From Gemmatimonadota bacterium (GTDB taxonomy: Bacteria; Gemmatimonadota; Gemmatimonadetes; Gemmatimonadales; GWC2-71-9), in the NCBI GenBank assembly GCA_039586365.1, contig JBDHKN010000031.1:1-45682 (forward strand): DNA of 45,682 bases, written 5' to 3'. Positions 19,759 to 29,207 of the stretch are shown here, piece by piece. The number at the start of each line of letters is the position of its first letter. Position 1 is the stretch's first letter. Under the pieces are notes generated by a model. It saw only the letters and a program-made list of their open reading frames with translations. It was not told where the DNA came from and did not search any database. Both the position numbers and the translations under genes were made by a program.

Positions 19759-19878
19759 GACACCCGCCCGACGACGAGACCACGAGGCCATGGCCGGTTT
19801 TCGAGAATCTCTGCGTTTAAGGGTGGTGCCTCGTAGCCTCTGTCGATTACCTTGCGCAATCACCGGTACCGGAGGTCC
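19759..19878 (+). repeat. Repeat A right-end motif joined to repeat B (~96 bp)
   Basis: GACACCCGCCCGACGACGAGACC (19759-19781) followed by a segment differing from 29061..29157 at about 13 of 97 positions (manual count). Confidence 0.85.
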
Positions 19879-19883
19879 GGGCC

Positions 19884-20735
19884 CTGTCTCCACTCGCTGC
19901 CACTCCTTGGATCAAGCGTCTCGCACGGCAGATTCTTCCCTCGCGCTTGTGGACCGCACTCAGGCTGGCTCGCGGCAGGCGTGAATTGTCGCGGTTCAAG
20001 AAACACATCGTTCGCCACGATTACGGTGGGTTCCCGCTGGACCTTCTCATCGCGGACCCTCTGGCCCGAGGGTGGTACGACCATGACTGGCCGGAATTGC
20101 CCGAGATCGCACTGCTGCGACAGCATCAACTGAAGCCCGGCGCTCGGGTCTTTGACTTGGGGGCACATCAGTGTGTTGTGGCGCTGATGTTGGCAAAGGA
20201 CGTGGGACCGGACGGACTCGTTGTTGCGGTTGAGGCCAACGAGCACAACGCGGCAGTCGGCAGGAAGAACATCGAACTCAATCGCGTGTCTCAGGTAACG
20301 GTCCTTCATGCCGGTGCATCCGACCACGACGGTGAGTTGACCGTCAACAAGGGGTTGAACGCTCAGGTGGACGACGGCTCTGGAGAGTGGGGTCGCGTTT
20401 CAATACCGGCTTGGAGCGTGGACGGGTTAGCGAACCAATACGGAACGCCACAGGTGCTGTTCATCGACGTCGAGGGTTATGAGCTGCGCGTGTTGCAGGG
20501 TGCCAAGCGCACTCTCGAGACACTGCCAGATTGCTTCGTTGAGGTGCACGTCGATGATCTACCCAGGTTCGGAGGTTCCGTTAACGGAGTTCGAGCCTTC
20601 TTTCCCGCTGACAGATATTGGACGTACGCTGCCTCGGAGGCGGAGCCCCAGTTCAGGCCGTTCTCGGAATGTGCACATCTCACTTGCGAGAGGTTCTTCC
20701 TGGTGGCCATCGCACGCGGTAGCGAGGTGAGTTGA
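19884..20735 (+). CDS. FkbM family SAM-dependent methyltransferase
   Basis: VFDLGAH, VAVEAN and FIDVEGYE motifs. Start uncertain: in-frame CTG at 19884 preceded by GGAGG, or TTG at 19947. Confidence 0.88.
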   Translation: MSPLAATPWIKRLARQILPSRLWTALRLARGRRELSRFKKHIVRHDYGGFPLDLLIADPLARGWYDHDWPELPEIALLRQHQLKPGARVFDLGAHQCVVALMLAKDVGPDGLVVAVEANEHNAAVGRKNIELNRVSQVTVLHAGASDHDGELTVNKGLNAQVDDGSGEWGRVSIPAWSVDGLANQYGTPQVLFIDVEGYELRVLQGAKRTLETLPDCFVEVHVDDLPRFGGSVNGVRAFFPADRYWTYAASEAEPQFRPFSECAHLTCERFFLVAIARGSEVS

Positions 20736-20785
20736 CGTTACTGCATCGGCTTTGGTCCCGAGCACTGCACCACCCACACCACCAC

Positions 20786-20890
20786 ATTGAATCCGGTAGC
20801 CGGCGCATGTACTGCTCGTGGTCGTCGCCGAATCTCTCGACCAGATATCGCTCTTCGCTCACGGCCTGCAAGTAGGAGAACACTTCAGCA
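20786..20890 (-). pseudogene. C-terminal fragment of an isoprenylcysteine carboxylmethyltransferase (ICMT/PEMT-like) family gene
   Basis: VFSYLQAVSEERYLVERFGDDHEQYMRRLP resembles the family's EE.xL..xFG..Y..Y...xP C-terminal motif; the rest of the gene is absent. Confidence 0.6.
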
Positions 20891-21010
20891 GCGCCACCGA
20901 GTGTCACTGTGAGCCTGTGCATCGAGGTGAGCGCGAAGGTCGCGTTGCGGACAGCCGGCGTCACTTTGGGGCTGTCGAATTGGTGCCAGTGTCATAAGAT
21001 TGGTCGCACC

Positions 21011-21937
21011 ATGCGGCTCCGCAAAGCACCATTGGCAACGCGACTGGCAGCGTTGGCCGTCAAACGACTCCCCCTGGGCCGTTATCGGCTGGCGCACATG
21101 CTGTCGCGAAACCCACCCCCTCCGTTCTGGGCTCAGTTGCCAGGGTCCGTGGGCGGCTCCCGGTTCGTCTGCGATCTCCGAGACGGGATTGCGCGAGAGG
21201 TCTTCTTCACCGGCAGGTACGAACCGCAAGAAACAGCATTGGTTCGTCATCTCCTTTGTCCCGGCGCGGTATTCGTCGATGTCGGGGCAAACTGGGGCTA
21301 CTTCACGCTGCTTGCGGCATATCTGGTGGGCCCTGATGGCAGAGTTGTGGCGTTGGAGCCGGAGCCTCGTTGCCACACCACGCTGGTCGAAAACGTCACT
21401 GAAAACGGGATGGACAATGTGACTGTCCTCGATCTCGCTGCGGCGGACGGCGATGGATGTCTCACACTTCAAGGATATGACGAAGCCCTAGAGAACTACG
21501 GCACCTCCAGGATCGTGCCCTCCACTGCAAAGAAAAGCGGGACGATCCAGGTCAAGGCGAGCCGACTCGATGATGCGTTGGACGATCTCGGGCTGCCGCG
21601 AGTGGACCTAGTGAAGATGGACATCGAAGGAAGCGAAGGAGCGGCGCTGGCCGGACTCGGGCGGTACCTTGCGGCAGGCCGGATACAGCGACTCATCGTG
21701 GAAATTCACAGTTCACAGTCGGCCGAGTTGGGATATTCGCCTGCAGCGGTTGTTCAGCGAGTAATTGGAGCCGGATACACCGCTTGGAGAATCGACCACT
21801 CTCCTGCGGCCACGCGTGCTACAGCCTACGCGCGTGAGCCTGATCCAAGTCACCTCATCTCCAAGATGGGGCATTCGGATGCCCTTGATGAATGGCCTCA
21901 CCTGCTGTTCGTCCGTGAGGGATCGGATCCGGTGTGA
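21011..21937 (+). CDS. FkbM family SAM-dependent methyltransferase
   Basis: GRYEPQET, FVDVGANWGYFTL, VALEPEP and VKMDIEGSE. The start at ATG 21011 is an estimate. Confidence 0.92.
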   Translation: MRLRKAPLATRLAALAVKRLPLGRYRLAHMLSRNPPPPFWAQLPGSVGGSRFVCDLRDGIAREVFFTGRYEPQETALVRHLLCPGAVFVDVGANWGYFTLLAAYLVGPDGRVVALEPEPRCHTTLVENVTENGMDNVTVLDLAAADGDGCLTLQGYDEALENYGTSRIVPSTAKKSGTIQVKASRLDDALDDLGLPRVDLVKMDIEGSEGAALAGLGRYLAAGRIQRLIVEIHSSQSAELGYSPAAVVQRVIGAGYTAWRIDHSPAATRATAYAREPDPSHLISKMGHSDALDEWPHLLFVREGSDPV

Positions 21938-22179
21938 TGATCCGGACCGCGGGCTGCGTTGTTGGATTTAGACGGCTAGGTGGGTGATCTGCGTGCGCGC
22001 CAGCGCACGCAGCCCCCCGCAAACGACGGTGGCCTTCGTGGCTCCACCGCAACGAGCAGCCGCAGCTCCTGCCGCGACCGCCTGAGTTCAATTCACGCGA
22101 GCGGTAAGGAAGAGCCTCGAGCTCCGCCCTGGGCAACGAGAGAAGGTGCGCGTTTCCCTTGATCTAGATCGTCTCGTAC

Positions 22180-22578
22180 CTACATGACCTGACCAGCTTT
22201 GTCGGTTGTCTTCGGCTGTGCGTAGAAGTACCCGAATCCGAGGGCAAGCAGGAGGTAGATCACGACTGTCGACCAACCAAGGGCATTCATGACGCCGCCG
22301 AGTTGACCCATCAGGGATACGATGAAACCGATGCCGTCGCCAACGAACAGGGCGAGCAGAATCGCACGACGCGTGTCAGAATCGGGTGCGTTTCTGGCGG
22401 TCCACGTCAAGACGGCAAAGGCCAGGAGCGCCGCTCCGAACAGTCGCGTCACATACTCCAGCTGAGGAGTTATCTCAGGACCGTATGCTGACGTGATCTG
22501 ACCGGGCACCACGATGAATCCGACGCCAAATACCGCTGCAACCAGAGCGTTGACAACCATGAGTGTGCTGAGCTTCAT
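22180..22578 (-). CDS. Small 4-TM membrane protein
   Basis: Four hydrophobic segments; AAGGA upstream of the ATG. Confidence 0.8.
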   Translation of the reverse strand: MKLSTLMVVNALVAAVFGVGFIVVPGQITSAYGPEITPQLEYVTRLFGAALLAFAVLTWTARNAPDSDTRRAILLALFVGDGIGFIVSLMGQLGGVMNALGWSTVVIYLLLALGFGYFYAQPKTTDKAGQVM

Positions 22579-22631
22579 GGGACCATGTCCTTCCGTCTAT
22601 GAGGGTGGGCTACGGACGGGGGTCCTGTGAC

Positions 22632-22698
22632 CTCGTCGTCGGGCGGGCGTCTCCTGCTGCGTCATGCTACGGCGGCGTGGGCACGAAGGCCGCCCGGC
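22632..22698 (-). repeat. Intergenic repeat family A, right part, inverted
   Basis: Reverse complement reads GGCGGCCTTCGTGCCC...CGCCGTAGC...GACGCCCGCCCGACGACGAG. Confidence 0.7.
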
Positions 22699-22900
22699 CT
22701 TTACTACCCGTCAATTAGCTGGTGAACGACAAGATAGCTTGCAGCCGGGGACACGGGTCAGCAAGAGGTACCAGTAGTCGGCAGGCCGCGCCCTCGCTTT
22801 CCTGTTGTAGTTGAAGCAGTTTTCGTTGCGTCAGCCGCCAGTTTGCACTGCAGACTTCAGCGCGCCGTCCACGTCGACGTCTCTTCCCTGGGATAACGCA

Positions 22901-25234
22901 ATGGCACACGTCTCACACAAGCTCTCCAATGCGTTCCAGGGGGCTCTTGCTGGCGGCGGTGATCCAGCCACATCGCCACTCTACGTCTTTGGGCCGTTTC
23001 TCCGGCTGATCGTCGTTGGCGGCGTGGCGCAGGTGACGTTCGGCGCCAGCGTGTGGTTGGTGGTTTTTACGGTGTTCATGGTCTCGACCATGTACCGACT
23101 GGTCATGCGTTGGGTGGTCGACGGCAGCGGTGGGAGCGGATTGAGCGAAGAGGAGTTTGGGAGCTGGGCGGTCAAGGTGAACGCTGGGATCACCTTCGTC
23201 GAGTACACGCTGACGTTTCTCGTCAGCGTTGCTGCCCTCGTGACGTTTGTGGCGGATCGGTATCCGGTGCTCAACGATACCGTCGTGGGCATTCAGTACC
23301 GAACGCTGGTCGCCCTTGGGATCACGATCGTGACCGGGTGGGTCGTGAACCGCGGCCCCAAAACTGCGGCTGTGGCATTCGGACCGGCCACGTTCGCAGT
23401 GCTGGCCCTGCTTTGGACCATGGTCTTTGCCACCATCTGGCAACGAGGTCTCCACCTACCTGCACTCGACTTCCGAGCCTTCCGCCCCGAGTACTTGGGC
23501 TTCACGCTCGGCGGGTTTGCACGGATTCTCGCTCTCATGACGGGGATCGAGATCTTTGCCAACCTCGTGGCTGCCTACTCGGGAACGAATGCCGACAAGA
23601 GCCGGAAGGCGTTCGGGAGTCTCGTCATCGTCATGGGGACCACATGCGTCACGATGCTGGTGGTCGGGCCCGCGATCCTGGCGCTGTCGGACCCCACGAA
23701 CGAACACGTGTCGGTGTTCACGCAAACGATGGATGCGTTGCTTCCAGCGCCCCTACCGTACATCGGGACGCTCATTGGCATCATCGTGTTGGGATCGGCG
23801 GCCGCAGCGAGCGCCCAGGGGCTTCAGAACCTGGCGTTGGGGCTGCGGTTCCGACAGTACATCCCAGCGGCTTTCGGGATTCGCAATCGATTCGACGTCG
23901 CGGACAAACCGGTGTGGCTGGAAGTGCTCATCGTGTGCATCTGCTACGTTGCGTTTGGCACGCGTGAGGAGACGTACTTGGCGATCTATGCGGCCGGCGT
24001 GTTCATCCTCCTGAGCATGACTGGCTGGGCGGCTGCCAAACGGTTGGTGCGCCAATTGCGTGCGGACTTCTCCGCAGGCGGCCTGGCGACGCTGACGGGT
24101 ACTGTGATCGCCGCATTCCTCACTACCATAGCGACCGGTATCATCTTCTACGAGCGGTTTTTCGAGGGTGCCTGGACCTATCTGATCTTCCTTCCGGCGT
24201 TGTATGTGGTTTTCACGTATTACCGCGCCCGGCTCGGGAAACCGCTGCCGTTGGACGAGCACCTTGGGCGCTTCTTTGCCGGCCAATACCTTCTACCCTA
24301 TCAGCGGCAGGCGCGACCGGAGGACGAGATCGAGTTCGACGACATCGTGGTGCCGTTGGATGGATCGTCCTTTGCCGAAGACGCGCTCCCGCTTGCTGAG
24401 GTGCTAGCGCATACCGGGCGGGGGCGCATCGAGCTTGTCTCGGTTGTCCGGAGTAAGAGCGACGTCAAGGAGCACGAGGATCCTGGAGCGGATCCCAAGA
24501 GTGAGCCTGAACTCGAACGCTACCTTGCCCAGCTTGCGTGGTCGCTCGCCAAGGGGGGAGTGGAAGTCCACTATACGGTCAGGGCCGGCGGCGTGCCGGA
24601 GACGATCGACCGGGTTGTACGTGATGTGCGGGCGGATCTCATCGTCATGAGCACCCACGGGCGTACGGGCGTGGAGCGACTGGTGGCCCGAAGCACGTCG
24701 CACCACCTGACAAAGCTCAGTGACCGCCCCATCCTGGCCGTTCGACCCACCGAACAATGGACGAGTCGGTCGTCGCGGTTCAGTCGCCTACTGGTCACGC
24801 TGGACGGTTCGGAGAGCGCCGAAACCGTATTGCCGTACGTGCGTGCCATGGCACGCACGTTTGACAGTGAAATCATGCTGGTGGCCGTTCCCGAGTCCGA
24901 AGCTGAGCAGATTCAACTCGAGCAATACGTCAACAGTGTGGTACAGGCGCTGCGCGCTCGGGGGTTCAGGGTCAAAGGGATCGTCACCGGGTCTGGGGCT
25001 GCTCGCACGATTTTGGCGGTGGGCAGAGAGGAGAATGTCGACCTCATCATGATTGCGACGCGGGGGCGCGGTGGTCTTGCGACCCACGAGGGGGTCGGCA
25101 GCGTCACGGAGCGGGTCGTCGAATCGACGCACTGCCCGGTGTTCTTGGCACCCGTCCGTCCGCGGGTCTCCAGAGCCGTCGCCTCGGCAGGCGGTGAAGA
25201 CGTGACCGCGTTGTCAGCCGGTCGGCGTGCGTGA
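22901..25234 (+). CDS. APC-superfamily permease fused to two universal stress protein (USP) domains
   Basis: Multi-TM N-terminal part (GSGGSG, LMTGIEIFAN, YAAGVF); two USP motif sets, IVVPLDGS..ADLIVMSTHGRTG and LLVTLDGS..VDLIMIATRGRGG..GSVTERVV. Confidence 0.88.
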   Translation: MAHVSHKLSNAFQGALAGGGDPATSPLYVFGPFLRLIVVGGVAQVTFGASVWLVVFTVFMVSTMYRLVMRWVVDGSGGSGLSEEEFGSWAVKVNAGITFVEYTLTFLVSVAALVTFVADRYPVLNDTVVGIQYRTLVALGITIVTGWVVNRGPKTAAVAFGPATFAVLALLWTMVFATIWQRGLHLPALDFRAFRPEYLGFTLGGFARILALMTGIEIFANLVAAYSGTNADKSRKAFGSLVIVMGTTCVTMLVVGPAILALSDPTNEHVSVFTQTMDALLPAPLPYIGTLIGIIVLGSAAAASAQGLQNLALGLRFRQYIPAAFGIRNRFDVADKPVWLEVLIVCICYVAFGTREETYLAIYAAGVFILLSMTGWAAAKRLVRQLRADFSAGGLATLTGTVIAAFLTTIATGIIFYERFFEGAWTYLIFLPALYVVFTYYRARLGKPLPLDEHLGRFFAGQYLLPYQRQARPEDEIEFDDIVVPLDGSSFAEDALPLAEVLAHTGRGRIELVSVVRSKSDVKEHEDPGADPKSEPELERYLAQLAWSLAKGGVEVHYTVRAGGVPETIDRVVRDVRADLIVMSTHGRTGVERLVARSTSHHLTKLSDRPILAVRPTEQWTSRSSRFSRLLVTLDGSESAETVLPYVRAMARTFDSEIMLVAVPESEAEQIQLEQYVNSVVQALRARGFRVKGIVTGSGAARTILAVGREENVDLIMIATRGRGGLATHEGVGSVTERVVESTHCPVFLAPVRPRVSRAVASAGGEDVTALSAGRRA

Positions 25235-25365
25235 GGCAACTCTGACGATCCCGCATGGTCTTGCACCTTCCGCTCCGACAGACCGAAGGCTGCCTGCGAT
25301 CGCTGGCAGAGAAGCTCGAATTGAACATCCCGATTCCGGATCACACGACTCTGTCGCGGCGGGTC
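25232..25365 (+). pseudogene. IS5 family (IS903-like) transposase internal fragment
   Basis: EATLTIRMVLHLPLRQTEGCLRSL...IPIPDHTTLSRR matches the LPLRQTEG...PDHTTLSRR motif; no DDE domain follows. Confidence 0.8.
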
Positions 25366-25666
25366 AAGACGCCTGGTGAGATCCGTTTCGTGCGAACATC
25401 GCGAGGGAAACGAACACCGGTAACATCGGCCGAGCCCAATTGACGCTGGGGTGACGCAGCCGAATCAGGGACTGTAGCTGCGCGCATTGACACCAACAGA
25501 GGTTGGAGAAGCTGCACCCCCTGTTGCGAATGCCGGAGGGTCAGCGACGGCGAGCACGATCGAACAAGGCCTTCATCAAGCTGCTGGACAGCTTCAGGTC
25601 CGACCCACATACTTGGCGGAGGCACGAGAGAATCCTACCACGATCCTAAACCACAAGTTGATCCCC

Positions 25667-27208
25667 ATGATCCTCAAAGGCGTGACCTGTCTAGCAACCC
25701 TGGCCTTGCTGACCCTCGGGACCACCGGTTGTAATGAGCCTCGTTCCGACCAGACTGCTGATCCCCAGCCGGCGGACATCCTGATAACCGGCGGCACGAT
25801 CATCACCATGGATACTGAACGCCGGGTGCTCGAGAACGCGGCGATTGCCATCGTTGGTGACCGGATCGAGGCCATCGGGCCCACTGAAGAACTCGCAGCC
25901 ACGTTCGATGCCGAACAGGTGATTGACGCCAGCAGAACCGTGGTCATGCCCGGGCTGATCGACGGTCATGGACACGCCGGGCATGGACTGGTCAAGAGCC
26001 TGGGAACGGACACGGGTGAGTGGTACCGGGCATGCGAGCTCATCTACGCCCAAGGATCGACGGAGGGCTTCTGGCGCGCCGATGCTCTCCTCACCGCCGT
26101 CGAGCGGCTCAGATTCGGCGTGACAACCGGGCTGACCTTCTTCGGCGGTGGTGACAGCGTGATGCGCACGGACGATCCGCGGTATGGCGACGCGTACCTT
26201 CGAGCTATAGAGGATGTCGGCGTCCGGTGGTTCCTTGCTGTGGGCCCCCGTCGCCCTCCCTTTCCCCGGACATACACTCACTGGGACGGAGACAGACGCA
26301 GCGACGTACAGGTGAGCTTCGAGCAGCAGCTCGAAACCACGGAGACCCTGATCCAGCGTTGGCACGGCAAGGCCGACGGTAGAATCAACATTGCCGTGAT
26401 GTTCCCGACCCATCACCCGGAGAATGGGCCGCTCAGCGATGCCGATCTCCAGGATCTGGTCCGCCGCACGCAGGCGACGCGAGATCTCTCGAGACAATAC
26501 GGTCTGTTGTTTACCCAGGATGGACATGCCCGGGGCACCGTGAAGTTCGCCCACGAGGTCCTTGGCATCCTCGGCCCCGATGCTCTGCTGTCTCACGCTA
26601 CCGAACTCACCGATGAGGAGATCGAGATCTGCAGCCAGACCAACACTCGCATCGTCCACAATCCCAGTGCGATCGCGTCCATCAGGGGACGCTGCCCCGT
26701 GACCGAACTGCAGGCTGCAGGTGTGACTGTGATGCTAGGATCGGACGGCGTCGCGCCGGACCGTAGCTACGACATGTTCCGCCACATGTTTCAAGCCATG
26801 CGGTATCACAGGTTCCACTTCCGCGACCCGAGTTACCTGCCGGCCGGGAAGGTGCTCGAGATGGCGACAATCGATGCCGCCCGGGCCCTCGGGCTGGAAG
26901 GCGAGATCGGCTCACTCGAGCCGGGCAAGAAAGCCGACATAATATTGATCGACATGTTCCGACCCCATCTCTATCCACCCAACATGCCGCTCTATCGTGT
27001 GGCATACTTCGCCAACGGCAACGACGTGGAGACTGTAATCGTGAACGGCGAGGTATTGATGTTGAACCGGCAAGTGATGACGGTGAACGAAGTCGAGGTC
27101 CTGGAAATGGCGCAGCATGAGATCGATGCGGCCCTGGACCGAACTGGTCTGCAGCACTTGGTGGCGACACCGGAGGGCTTCTGGGGTCAGAGCGAGCTAC
27201 GGCCGTAG
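25667..27208 (+). CDS. Amidohydrolase family protein (MTA/SAH-deaminase/AtzA-like), probably exported
   Basis: MPGLIDGHGHAGH, HNPS, LGSDG and GSLEPGKKADII; N-terminal hydrophobic stretch followed by GC. Confidence 0.9.
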   Translation: MILKGVTCLATLALLTLGTTGCNEPRSDQTADPQPADILITGGTIITMDTERRVLENAAIAIVGDRIEAIGPTEELAATFDAEQVIDASRTVVMPGLIDGHGHAGHGLVKSLGTDTGEWYRACELIYAQGSTEGFWRADALLTAVERLRFGVTTGLTFFGGGDSVMRTDDPRYGDAYLRAIEDVGVRWFLAVGPRRPPFPRTYTHWDGDRRSDVQVSFEQQLETTETLIQRWHGKADGRINIAVMFPTHHPENGPLSDADLQDLVRRTQATRDLSRQYGLLFTQDGHARGTVKFAHEVLGILGPDALLSHATELTDEEIEICSQTNTRIVHNPSAIASIRGRCPVTELQAAGVTVMLGSDGVAPDRSYDMFRHMFQAMRYHRFHFRDPSYLPAGKVLEMATIDAARALGLEGEIGSLEPGKKADIILIDMFRPHLYPPNMPLYRVAYFANGNDVETVIVNGEVLMLNRQVMTVNEVEVLEMAQHEIDAALDRTGLQHLVATPEGFWGQSELRP

Positions 27209-27533
27209 GTCGGACACCCCTTCGCAACAAGAAACCCCGAGTTGATTGGAAGTCAAAGCTCTCCCACTCACGCCCGACTCGCTCCAAGGGGCCAGCTTGG
27301 CTCTCATTACAGCGCCCTGCGTGGCGCAGGGCGCGACGCCTTGCGGAATCGTCCCAGCACACAGTGCGACCGACGTGGTCTCTTCGTGTCATGGAGAATC
27401 CAGCGAGTGAGGCCCTTTCTCTAATGCGATGAAGGTGCGGGAAGAGCTGGAAGATGGCAGGACATGAAACCCCAGCAGGGTCCCGTGCGTCGTGTCATTA
27501 CGTGCCACCATTCAGCGAACTCAGTTGAGATCA

Positions 27534-28988
27534 ATGACTAGAATCGAATCTGCAATCGCGGGACTCGTGGGGCTCACCCTCCTGTCTGCGTGCGGACAGA
27601 GCGAGCGTCCTGCCGATACGCTTCTGGCTCTCACGTCCACCGAGCGACTCGCTCAACTCGAACTTCAAATCCCAGAGCTGATGGATAGCGCGGGTGTCAC
27701 CGGGCTCTCCATTACTGTAACGACTGACAGCGGCATCGTGTGGAGCCGCGGCTTCGGCGTTGCCGATTCCGTGGGCGGAGAGCCGGTGAGCGACACCAGC
27801 GTTTTCGAGGCCGCTTCGCTCAGCAAGCCGGTGTTCGCGTATGCCGTGCTGCAGCTGGTGGATCAGGGATTGATCGATCTCGACATTCCGATCGCCGACT
27901 ACTACGAGTACGAAGCGATTCTGCATGACGATCGCCATCGACAGATCACACCGCGCATGGTGTTGACTCACAGTCCCGGCTTTCCCAATTGGCGACCCAG
28001 AGGCGGTCAACTCACCATCGACCGTGAGCCGGGCTCCGAGTTCAGCTACTCCGGAGAGGGCTTCGTGTACTTGCAGCACGCTGTGATGGATTTGACGGGT
28101 GAGACTCTGGAGCAGCTGGCCCGCCGCCTCGTCTTCGATCCACTGGGCATGACGAGTAGTAGCTATCTGTGGCAGGAGTCTTTCGAGAACGTCGTGGCGC
28201 TGCCGCACGGTGCGGGTGGTGAGACCCTGCGCAAGTACAAGCCCAGCGCCGGAACCGGCAACGCGGCGGCGTCGCTCCACACCACGGCCCTGGACTATGC
28301 CCGCTTCGTGCTGGCGGTCATGCACGGTACCGGCCTGAGCGACAGCATCGCCGCAGGGATGCTCGATGCGCAGATCCGGGTTGATTCCGGTGTCACGTGG
28401 GGACTCGGGATCGGCCTGCAGGACAACGCGTACGGACGCGGCTTCTGGCATTGGGGCGACAACTCGGGCTACAAGGCATACGTCATCGGGTACCCAGAGC
28501 ACGGAATCGGTGTCGTCTGGTTCACCAACAGTCAGAACGGACAGTCGATGCTCGAGGGCATGCTGGCTCTGACCGTAGGCGGAGACCAACCGGCGGCCGC
28601 GTGGCTCGACTACGAGCAATACGACTCACCCAAGCGCGCGGTGAGAGAAGACCTCGCACAGGTCATGGAAGACGACGGCGTCGCAGCAGCCATCTCACGT
28701 TACCACGAAATGAAAGGCAGTCGACCGGCGGAAGCGTTTGACGAGACCTTGCTGAACACACTCGGCTACAGGATGTTGCGTGCCGACCGTGTGCAGGACG
28801 CGATCGCAGTCTTCGAGTTGAATGTCGCCGAGTATCCTGACGCCTCTAACCCGTACGACAGTCTGGGAGAAGCATATCTCGCCGCCGGTGATACTGCCCG
28901 CGCGATCGAGAACTACCAGCGATCGGTGGAGCTGGATCCGGGTAACACGAATGGGATCGCGGTGTTGGAACGACTGCATCGGCGCTGA
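27534..28988 (+). CDS. Beta-lactamase-family serine hydrolase with C-terminal TPR, lipoprotein
   Basis: LSAC lipobox; ASLSKP (SxxK), FSYSG and HWG; TPR LNTLGY..NPYDSLGEAY. Confidence 0.92.
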   Translation: MTRIESAIAGLVGLTLLSACGQSERPADTLLALTSTERLAQLELQIPELMDSAGVTGLSITVTTDSGIVWSRGFGVADSVGGEPVSDTSVFEAASLSKPVFAYAVLQLVDQGLIDLDIPIADYYEYEAILHDDRHRQITPRMVLTHSPGFPNWRPRGGQLTIDREPGSEFSYSGEGFVYLQHAVMDLTGETLEQLARRLVFDPLGMTSSSYLWQESFENVVALPHGAGGETLRKYKPSAGTGNAAASLHTTALDYARFVLAVMHGTGLSDSIAAGMLDAQIRVDSGVTWGLGIGLQDNAYGRGFWHWGDNSGYKAYVIGYPEHGIGVVWFTNSQNGQSMLEGMLALTVGGDQPAAAWLDYEQYDSPKRAVREDLAQVMEDDGVAAAISRYHEMKGSRPAEAFDETLLNTLGYRMLRADRVQDAIAVFELNVAEYPDASNPYDSLGEAYLAAGDTARAIENYQRSVELDPGNTNGIAVLERLHRR

Positions 28989-29060
28989 CGACGTCTGATT
29001 CCGAGCGCGGCGTTCCGCAGCCGGCGGAGCCAAGCGGTTCGGCTCATCTTGCGGTGGCCG

Positions 29061-29157
29061 CGAGACCATGGCCGGATTTCGAGAATGTCTACGTATTGGA
29101 GGTGGTGTCTCGTAGCCTTCGTCGATTACCTTGCGCAATCAACGGTACCGGAGATCC
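29061..29157 (+). repeat. Repeat B, second copy
   Basis: Near copy of 19783..19878; preceded by the repeat A fragments GAGCCAAGCGG (29027) and CGGTGGCC (29052). Confidence 0.85.
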
Positions 29158-29207
29158 TGGACGGGGGCATTGAACTTTTTTCGAAACCAGCGGTTGGGGG
29201 GCAAGTG

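Noticed and set aside
25500..25625. Possible 3' gene remnant on the minus strand (...SSSLMKALFDRARRR*)
   Set aside because: No recognisable family motif.
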